Shown: positions 56,683 to 64,000 of the stretch, piece by piece
Layout: the number at the start of each line of letters is the position of its first letter
How positions within the stretch are numbered: the first letter of the stretch is position 1
Virus record (IMG/VR): IMGVR_UViG_3300043908_006005
Strand: one strand, 5' to 3'
DNA length: 64,000 nucleotides
DNA from: an uncultured virus (IMG/VR IMGVR_UViG_3300043908_006005)
Taxonomy: Duplodnaviria; Heunggongvirae; Uroviricota; Caudoviricetes
Program-made: the position numbers and the translations under genes
Notes under the pieces: generated by a model
Told to the model about the DNA's origin: nothing
Database searches by the model: none
The model's input: only the letters and a program-made list of their open reading frames with translations

Positions 56683-59600
56683 TTAACTGCAAGGAAAATC
56701 TTCCCATGGGTCATCATCGTCATCATCTGGTGGCGCTTCAGGTTCAGGGGAAGGCGATGGTGGGCATGGGCATGGGTCATACTTGCAGGACTTGACCATT
56801 GCAAATCTCGTGTTAACCCCAATAGTCGGTGGAGATTGAACGAAAATAATTCTAGTGGTTGCGGTTAAATCTAAACAGTTTTCTACGCCTTGGTCACCCG
56901 TCTCCGAATTTCCTTCTTCACCGGTTGCTCCTGGACTTCCGGTGGTTGCAAGACCTGCTTGTGGTTCTTGAGCGCATATGTCAGTAACAACACAGACAGG
57001 CATGAATTCTGCTTGTATTATAACATATTCACATCCAAATGGATTGTAGTACGCAAAAACTCTTTGACCTCCACATAAAGGCTGACCAAGTCTATTCGTA
57101 ACTTTAACTTTGCGTTCTTCCCCTTGGTTGCCTTCTTGACACCTTGCAGGAATGTTAAGAGTGCCTTCTCCTCCAGGAGGAAGCTCGTCTTCTAAAGTGC
57201 CTTCAATTATGAATCCGTATTTATCTCTATCGTTGGGCGGTGCGGTCCATACCTTTCTATCGTCATCCCATCTAAGGTCAACTGGCCCAGTCTTCCATTT
57301 TTTAGCCTTTCTCAGCCAGTCAGAAAGAAACTTTTTCTTATCGTCTGGGTCAGCAGGAACGGGGCATCCATCCATGTCATATCCCCACCCAGATAAAACT
57401 AACGGCCCTCTTAAACCCATGGGCCTACAGTCTCTTAACTCAGAGTCTGTCGGGTAGGGATAAAAACCCCTTTCACTTGGCTCTGTTCCTGTAACCAAAC
57501 CCCATATATCTGTACCTCCGGTTGCGTTGGTCGCTAGTTCAGAAGCCTTGGACATTGTCATAAAAGGATTTAATGTTTCAGAATTGATGGGTATATCGCA
57601 TGTGCCATCACTAGGAGAACATAAACAGCACTCTACATGGTCATAATATTCAATTCCAGAATTGAAATCCGCTCCGGCAAGATTTTCGCAAATACCCTCT
57701 GTGGATTCATCTCCAGAAGGGTCTTCCCATTTGCTGAAATATTTTTGTCCAGAGTCACCAATAGTAAAGGGTCGGACTAAACCTTCGTTGCTTACAAAGG
57801 CCAAATTCTTCCATTTTTCCGAATCTGTCTGTAGATTGCTTTTATTAAAACTGTTATTGTCTTTATATACATTGCCAAGATATTTTTCTCTCATGGAGTT
57901 TATATTCATACTCCACGATTCGTGATGTGTATAGTCTTCCTCCGTAGAGCCTAATCCGTCTTTTAGCGCAGTTAACCCTCCTGCTCCCGCTCCCCCTGCT
58001 CCGAAACCGCCTCCCGCACCACCATCAGCTCCGCCGCCAACGCCTTCACCGGCGCCACCACCAAAAAGAAGAGGCGCAATAGCTCCAGCAAACATACCGG
58101 CGCCGCCAATAGCGATTCCCATGGCAAGTCCGCCAGCAAAGGCCAATCCAAAAGCTCTTTGGAATTGTTGAGACTTCTGGCCAATTAGCTGTAGCCACTC
58201 GACATCGCTTTGAGCTTTTTCTCCAAAGTTTCTAACAAAAGTTCTAAAGTTTATTGTTGTTGTAACCCCTCCAGTCCCAAAAGCTATGTTTACATTTGTA
58301 ACGTTTGGACCCATTGTACCCGCTAGCTGTGCGCCAAGCTGACTAATGTTTCCCTGGGACGGACCTCCTGCATATGTAATACTGCCTGATTCCAGAACAT
58401 ATTGATTTGAAAGTTTAGCGGAGGCCTTTATTGAGCCCGCCTGTAGCAACAAGCTGTAACCATTAAAAAGCCACGGAGCAAGGCTAGTGTCTCTTTCCCA
58501 TTCACATCTACCATTGACTCCAAGATACGCTTCAAACGGACCGTAGCAATTATAATTAGATTTCATGGGAACCGCCGCTGCTGACGGCGAAAACATAGCT
58601 GGGGCTAGAGACATTCCTTTCATTGAGCTTGCATGAGACGTCCTGAGCCATGCATGCAGGTTGACTTTTTGACCAGGGGTCAGCGAGCCACCCTCAATTC
58701 CTCCCCATATTAATTGAAGTAAAGCGTAGTGCAGTCCTTCTACCACTCCACTTGCGGCGACTGCCGGTCTCATTTCGATTCCTGGGGTTTCTAAAAGGGC
58801 TATTGGTTGCGGTAAGCCGGGCCTGCAGTTATACATAAGCTCTTTAAAAGAAGCGCCAGTCCAGACTCTGGTGCCATCAGGAGAAAACCATGTTCCTGAA
58901 ATATTATTAAAGTTTAATTGATTTTGAACAGATAAAACATTTTCATTTGCTCTTATATGTCGCTCGTCCCAATAGAAAACAGGCCCGCATCTACCATCGT
59001 CAACTTTAAATATTTGTAGAACTGGACTATTCCACGGTATACCCAATATTCCTTGCGGGTGATATGGGTTATTCATGTATCCAGCGTCTGTTCTTTCCCA
59101 ATTTGTATTTGGCTCTGGCTCAACTCCTCCATTACAACAGTAAACTTCGGGAACATCAACCACAAACTGTTTTCCATAATATTGACCAAATCCTGTAACA
59201 TACTGATGTATTTGTTGCAACAACTCTTGCTTTAAATCTTTTGCTCGTGCAGCCGCCCAAGTAGCAGATAGCCAGTTTGAAGCGTTGATATTGAGGCCCA
59301 AATTCAATATTAGGCTAACCGATGCCGCGAGAAAGGGGGTGTTTGCGGCGTTCGGCATAGGTAGCCCAAGCATCGGAAGAAGCATGGGTTTAAAATAAGT
59401 AATAAACATATACCAAGAGTCAAAGCCAGCTAAAGCTGCTCTTAGCTCAAGAACGCTAATGTTATAAGTTCCTCCGACCAAAAACCCCCAAGGTTGATTT
59501 GCAACACAGGTAGTGAAGTTTTCTCCGTCGCCTCTACCATAAGAAACAACGCCTTGACCTGCGTATGGTCCACAGGCGTGCTTTCCCCAGTACGTATGCA

Positions 59601-60642
59601 GATTATTTTTTATTTGGTCAAAATTACCGCCAGCATTGTCGTTCTGCCAACTTTGCCATATTTCGTGTCTATATTCTCCTTGAACCGCAGACTGTGACAC
59701 AACATCAGAAAACTCTAGTCCTGCAGACCATTTCATAACGTTGTGCGCACAATTTCCATCAGTAGCGTTTGCTTTTTGATACGCAACCCCAATTTGATAG
59801 CTTGCGCCAGCATTTATTCTTTGCGCCCTTAATAATCCGGAAGCCGCTGGGTTAATGTCAAAATTGTTATACCTAACCCTTATGATGGCCGTTGCTTGAC
59901 CTGTCCTGTCCGGCAAAAGGTCTATATATATCCTTCCTCCTGAAGCTCTTGCAGCACGGCTTATAGCCTCCATGCACGTTGTAGAATCTCCGTTGAACCT
60001 TAAATTGTCAGGACCAATTCCAGACTCTAAATAAAGCTTGTAAGAAAAAGGCCTGCCTCTCTTATCGTATCTAAACCAGAAAAATCTTTGATATAAAACG
60101 CCAAGAGAATTTCTTCTAAAATAAAGAGCCCTCTTTATCATCTGCCAAGTAACGCCAACATCATTGCACCAAGAAGGCACTCCATTAATGTATGGAACGT
60201 TTATCATATTGTTTATTTTTGATGCTTGGATTCCAAATCTAGAGAAAAATATTGGGGAATCGTCTGCGTTCTGAAGAACTAGAGTAGAGCTGTCTAGAAC
60301 TATAGATGGGCTTCTAAGCCTTACGGATATTGTTGACCCTCCTGGGCCCCTATTCCTTTCCCAGTTATACAAAAGACCGCCGTAAACAAAACCATCATAT
60401 ATGAAAAATAAAGGAGTTCCGATGGGCTGGGGAACAAATCTGTCTGCCCCGTAAGTTATTCCGCTCCTCCACGTTCTGCTTCCGTTGCTGTTAGTAACAT
60501 ATCCGTGAATAACCTTTGGCGTAGTTGTGCATTTATCTTCTACTAACTGCACTGTGACTTCAGTGTTGTCTGCGCCAAAGCCAAGGCCAGAGTTAAAGCT
60601 CATGACGCTAGCGCCCATAAATCTAGTTTGCCTAAAAGCCAT
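56683..60642 (-). CDS. large putative tail/baseplate protein
   Basis: 1319 aa; AAGGA SD; internal Gly-rich hydrophobic segment; Cys/Pro-rich C-terminus. Confidence 0.6.
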   Translation of the reverse strand: MAFRQTRFMGASVMSFNSGLGFGADNTEVTVQLVEDKCTTTPKVIHGYVTNSNGSRTWRSGITYGADRFVPQPIGTPLFFIYDGFVYGGLLYNWERNRGPGGSTISVRLRSPSIVLDSSTLVLQNADDSPIFFSRFGIQASKINNMINVPYINGVPSWCNDVGVTWQMIKRALYFRRNSLGVLYQRFFWFRYDKRGRPFSYKLYLESGIGPDNLRFNGDSTTCMEAISRAARASGGRIYIDLLPDRTGQATAIIRVRYNNFDINPAASGLLRAQRINAGASYQIGVAYQKANATDGNCAHNVMKWSAGLEFSDVVSQSAVQGEYRHEIWQSWQNDNAGGNFDQIKNNLHTYWGKHACGPYAGQGVVSYGRGDGENFTTCVANQPWGFLVGGTYNISVLELRAALAGFDSWYMFITYFKPMLLPMLGLPMPNAANTPFLAASVSLILNLGLNINASNWLSATWAAARAKDLKQELLQQIHQYVTGFGQYYGKQFVVDVPEVYCCNGGVEPEPNTNWERTDAGYMNNPYHPQGILGIPWNSPVLQIFKVDDGRCGPVFYWDERHIRANENVLSVQNQLNFNNISGTWFSPDGTRVWTGASFKELMYNCRPGLPQPIALLETPGIEMRPAVAASGVVEGLHYALLQLIWGGIEGGSLTPGQKVNLHAWLRTSHASSMKGMSLAPAMFSPSAAAVPMKSNYNCYGPFEAYLGVNGRCEWERDTSLAPWLFNGYSLLLQAGSIKASAKLSNQYVLESGSITYAGGPSQGNISQLGAQLAGTMGPNVTNVNIAFGTGGVTTTINFRTFVRNFGEKAQSDVEWLQLIGQKSQQFQRAFGLAFAGGLAMGIAIGGAGMFAGAIAPLLFGGGAGEGVGGGADGGAGGGFGAGGAGAGGLTALKDGLGSTEEDYTHHESWSMNINSMREKYLGNVYKDNNSFNKSNLQTDSEKWKNLAFVSNEGLVRPFTIGDSGQKYFSKWEDPSGDESTEGICENLAGADFNSGIEYYDHVECCLCSPSDGTCDIPINSETLNPFMTMSKASELATNATGGTDIWGLVTGTEPSERGFYPYPTDSELRDCRPMGLRGPLVLSGWGYDMDGCPVPADPDDKKKFLSDWLRKAKKWKTGPVDLRWDDDRKVWTAPPNDRDKYGFIIEGTLEDELPPGGEGTLNIPARCQEGNQGEERKVKVTNRLGQPLCGGQRVFAYYNPFGCEYVIIQAEFMPVCVVTDICAQEPQAGLATTGSPGATGEEGNSETGDQGVENCLDLTATTRIIFVQSPPTIGVNTRFAMVKSCKYDPCPCPPSPSPEPEAPPDDDDDDPWEDFPCS

Positions 60643-60654
60643 TTTTATTCCTTT

Positions 60655-62526
60655 TTATCCGAACTGTACTGTAGTACATCCTGTTTGATATGTATACGTT
60701 GTTGATAGATTGTATTTTCCAGAAGTGGAATCAAAAGACTCTTGTTGGTCTGACACTATCATCAAAGTGTTATTTTCATTGTTAGGGTGACAAGGATGGT
60801 TTGTTGGAAGAGTTATTCTTCTCGCTCCCTTGGCGATGCTGTCTGTCGCCAAGGGTCTTTGAAATATTACCACGTTAGTAACATCCTCTCCATTCCAGGA
60901 TGTGGGTTTTGGAACAACTCTTTGATTTTTCATTAAAATGTCTACTGTTACAGTAACAGAGGCAAGTTCCTTTGTATTCATATTCTGTAAAATTGGACCC
61001 GAAACCCTTCCAGGAACCTCTAATATTGCATATTTGCTAACGGCTTTTTTGTCTTGGGATGAATAAGTTTCAGTTTTACTTCCAGAAATAAATTGAGGTC
61101 TATTGTTAAAAAGATATGAATAGGATATGCTGCCATTAGCTACGTTTTGACTAACTGTTTTAGATATGTGTTCTGGCTTTAACTTTGTGCCCAAGGAATC
61201 TTCATAGGCCGATGAAATATATTCGTCAGAGAAGCACCTTTTCGCATACTCATATATAGTGAAAGTGCTCACTCCCGGACCTCCACCTCCTGGAGTTTCT
61301 TCATAGACATCCTCAAAATATGCTTTAGCTGCGGCAAATGCGGACTCTGTAACATTATCATAATCAGCATCACTTCGTTCTCCTATCGTGCAGCTTTTTC
61401 TAGTCTCAAGACCTGTAATAGTTCCGGCAACATTCACTGTAACGAGGCCCGTATTTCTGTCATAACTCAAGTCAACATTGCAGTCATCAAAAACATTATG
61501 GTTGGTTTCTGAATCCGTTTTTGCCATTACCCAGTTTTCTGTAACGCTGTATGTTCCATTAGAGTAGTCTGCATTTTTGCTTCTAACGTGATTATACAAT
61601 TTATAATTATCATAATCACCAGATGGACCTGTTCCAAAACCAAATATATCTTCAAAATTCTTGCTGTACGCAGGGCTATTTACAGAAGGTAGCCCAACTT
61701 GACCGTCGACCCAAAGCTTAGCGTTTTCCCAAGGCTTTCTAATTAAGCCGTTTCCGTCATAAGCATTTTTGCCGGTAGCGGTAATCGTATGCGTAATATT
61801 ATATACTTGGGTTTGCCTGTGGTCTATGTTATGGTTTGCGCCATCACAAGTGCTTGGATTTGAGCCGTAAGTATGAGGAATCATTTCCCCTTTTCTGTTT
61901 CCTGCAAAATCTATTTGCCAATTTTCATCAGCAGCGGAGAGGTATATGGGCTTCCCAGCATTTACAGCCGTTCCAGGCTCATTGAAAAATTGTCCAGACT
62001 CATGAACCTTTACTTCGTCAGAATTCTTAAAGTCCTCTCGTCCATATCCTGTTTCTCCTCTAGAGGTCTCATCAACAACACCAATAACTTCATCTAGCTC
62101 AAGTGTTATGCTAAATGGTAATGTCTGAACATATTGATTAGATGGGAAGTCAATGGATGTGATGCGTGGATAACCCGAAATAGCCGGATACACAGCGCCT
62201 CCGCCGCTATTCTCAAGCCAACTGCTTATCTCAAGAAGCTTACCGTCTGTAGAAAACAAATCTCTAAGAGCTTCGGTTTTCTTCATAAAAGAATGCTGAA
62301 GCTTGTCTATGTCTATATCGTTTTCATCATCTGGAGGGGTATAATTTGCATCATCGGCAAACACGCCCTTACTGTTAGGAGAACCCTTCTGAGGAATTAG
62401 AGTTCCGTCTAGGGTTATATTATATGTAGCGCCAACTTTTTGTCCATCAGACGTTCTGATATAAGTTTTGCTTATTCCTAAAAATGGCGCGGGAACTATA
62501 TATTTCCCATCATATGAAATTGGCAT
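60655..62526 (-). CDS. putative virion structural protein
   Basis: Beta-rich; recurring YNITLDGTL / YNITHTITATG / VNVAGTITG strands. Confidence 0.6.
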   Translation of the reverse strand: MPISYDGKYIVPAPFLGISKTYIRTSDGQKVGATYNITLDGTLIPQKGSPNSKGVFADDANYTPPDDENDIDIDKLQHSFMKKTEALRDLFSTDGKLLEISSWLENSGGGAVYPAISGYPRITSIDFPSNQYVQTLPFSITLELDEVIGVVDETSRGETGYGREDFKNSDEVKVHESGQFFNEPGTAVNAGKPIYLSAADENWQIDFAGNRKGEMIPHTYGSNPSTCDGANHNIDHRQTQVYNITHTITATGKNAYDGNGLIRKPWENAKLWVDGQVGLPSVNSPAYSKNFEDIFGFGTGPSGDYDNYKLYNHVRSKNADYSNGTYSVTENWVMAKTDSETNHNVFDDCNVDLSYDRNTGLVTVNVAGTITGLETRKSCTIGERSDADYDNVTESAFAAAKAYFEDVYEETPGGGGPGVSTFTIYEYAKRCFSDEYISSAYEDSLGTKLKPEHISKTVSQNVANGSISYSYLFNNRPQFISGSKTETYSSQDKKAVSKYAILEVPGRVSGPILQNMNTKELASVTVTVDILMKNQRVVPKPTSWNGEDVTNVVIFQRPLATDSIAKGARRITLPTNHPCHPNNENNTLMIVSDQQESFDSTSGKYNLSTTYTYQTGCTTVQFG

Positions 62527-62558
62527 TTTTTAAGTCCTATAATTAAGATTTCTATATT

Positions 62559-62569
62559 AATATACACCA
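62559..62569 (-). promoter_or_regulatory. GGTG-TATATT putative phage promoter
   Basis: TGGTGTATATT on the - strand just after the upstream stop codon. Confidence 0.55.
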
Positions 62570-62570
62570 C

Positions 62571-64000
62571 TTATAACAATAGGTCTTCTTCGTTATACCC
62601 AGTGTGTTCTGGTGGTCCAGGTATATAAAGGCTCATAAAACTCTCAGATATAACAGAGTATAGCGAGTTTTTATAAACAGTATTGAAAACGCTTTCCATT
62701 GCAGATTTTGAACATATTTGGTTAGAGAACATTATTTCGTCTATGGCCCATGAATCCCCATAGGTTTCCCCGAGGAATCCTGTAGAGGAGCCGCCAAGCC
62801 CATGCTCGTTATATCCAAGCATCAAGTTTTTAGTTGTGGAACTTTGCAGGTTTCCTTGCCATTTTTGACTTAAAACAGTAGATGCGTCTGAAACATTAAT
62901 GAAAAGCTGTGACTGAGAAGAAAAGATGGGCGCCTTGACGTATCTAAAGTATGAACGTTTATCTTCCGCGTTTATCCAATACATGACAAAATACCATTTT
63001 CCTGTTTCAGGAGAAAATCCTTCTAACTCTATTGTGTTCTGGCGAGAACCGTCATCAACATTTGCATAGAAAACTATGTCAGTATGCTCGCTGCTATTTG
63101 TTTTAAATATTCCCCAGTCTCCATTAATTCCGCTTATTGAAGGATTAGTGTTGTTCAAAGAAGATTTTGTAATTATACCCTCCGGTATCGCGTCTGCTGG
63201 AGGGGATGATGTGTATTCAGATATGCGTTTAATCCAAAAGGAAACAGCTATTCCTTCGCCCGAGCTATCAAAGAAGTAGTTTGAAACAGCAGTGTCCGTA
63301 GCACATGCGGAGGAAAAAGTTATAGCGTTTTGCCCCCCCATATAGCCATGGTTGCGGCAGTAAAAACTTACTGTGCCAAAGTCTTCTGTAACAGTAATTA
63401 CTATAGGGCCATAATAGAAGTCATATTCTGCATCGTTGTCTGAACCGGTTACAGACATGGTAGACTTGTAGGCTACATCACCAGTATACTGTATATTGGC
63501 ATTACCGTAATTAAGTATGGCTATTGGGTGTGAGGCATTATTGTTTACTAGGGTGTATGTCCCTACGCCTAATCCATACTGAAGGGAACTATCATAGCTT
63601 GAGCCATCATTGAAAACAAGTTTGTTCCCGGCAGAATCAATGACATTGACTACAGAAGTTGTTGATAAGCATTCTATGTTGGAAGCGACAGGATTGCTGT
63701 CGAAAGGAATAGAAGCTAAATTTGGGTTTGATGATGTAGAGCCGTTTGGAAACAAGATGGCTTTGTTGCCTTGAGCTCTATCTTGTGTGTATGCCATGGT
63801 TCCAGAAACAGACCAATTGGTGGAGGAGGAAGAGCTGTCATTTAAATTGTCTTCAAGTAAATATTTTGGTTTTACTGCGGAGCTATCCTCTGTGTTTGGA
63901 GAGAGGAATCCAAAACACTTAGATTCTCCAGGAAGATATAATGTTGGGTTGTATCCATTGAAGGGTATGGACGGCTCGTCTACAATATCCTGTATATCAG
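62571..64000 (-). CDS. LamG/concanavalin-A-like protein with inserted cupredoxin-like module (5'-truncated by window)
   Basis: AVSFWIK, GKWYFV, IDEIMFSN; SHPI..FYCRNHGYMGG; frame stays open from 63797 to the window end. Confidence 0.7.
   Translation of the reverse strand, partial: DIQDIVDEPSIPFNGYNPTLYLPGESKCFGFLSPNTEDSSAVKPKYLLEDNLNDSSSSSTNWSVSGTMAYTQDRAQGNKAILFPNGSTSSNPNLASIPFDSNPVASNIECLSTTSVVNVIDSAGNKLVFNDGSSYDSSLQYGLGVGTYTLVNNNASHPIAILNYGNANIQYTGDVAYKSTMSVTGSDNDAEYDFYYGPIVITVTEDFGTVSFYCRNHGYMGGQNAITFSSACATDTAVSNYFFDSSGEGIAVSFWIKRISEYTSSPPADAIPEGIITKSSLNNTNPSISGINGDWGIFKTNSSEHTDIVFYANVDDGSRQNTIELEGFSPETGKWYFVMYWINAEDKRSYFRYVKAPIFSSQSQLFINVSDASTVLSQKWQGNLQSSTTKNLMLGYNEHGLGGSSTGFLGETYGDSWAIDEIMFSNQICSKSAMESVFNTVYKNSLYSVISESFMSLYIPGPPEHTGYNEEDLLL

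Noticed and set aside
35..63279. Numerous short opposite-strand or nested ORFs in the track (e.g. 17953..18522, 40395..40907, 52086..52553)
   Set aside because: Shadows of well-supported genes with no recognisable motifs
1..64000. Stop-codon reassignment
   Set aside because: Conserved genes are intact in the standard code, and TAA, TAG and TGA all end genes at sensible boundaries
1..64000. Bacterial chromosome or eukaryotic giant virus origin
   Set aside because: No housekeeping operons; divergent replication genes packed with unknowns, bacterial sigma factors, DnaE/DnaB/DnaG and sigma70 promoters point to a bacteriophage, although capsid and terminase genes are not in the window

Overview
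This window is a gene-dense segment of a large dsDNA bacteriophage genome in the standard genetic code, with many ATGA/TAATG gene overlaps. The host cannot be identified from the sequence. The + strand (1-49823) carries: a glycan-modification group; phoH; an atypical tRNA(CAT); two sigma-70-like factors; a ClpP-like protease; nucleotide metabolism (dCMP deaminase, class II ribonucleotide reductase, dNMP kinase); recombination/replication genes (RecA, DnaB, primase, Cas4-like nuclease); and a long sugar/glycosyltransferase cluster. DnaE is split into two genes with a uracil-DNA glycosylase and a DEDDh exonuclease between them, and no intein is visible. The - strand (49825-64000) converges on this block and encodes large Cys/Pro-rich, probably virion proteins. 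Most notable observations: the intein-less split DnaE cassette; a promoter-driven structured leader or ncRNA at about 8140-8310; a recurrent GGTG-TAnnnT promoter motif; a twin promoter pair; a Whirly-like SSB beside a Rad52-like annealing protein; a DegT-like enzyme lacking its catalytic lysine; and a 31-bp in-frame direct repeat bracketing domain modules in a 1753-aa protein. All product calls come from motif recognition by eye. No database searches were run.
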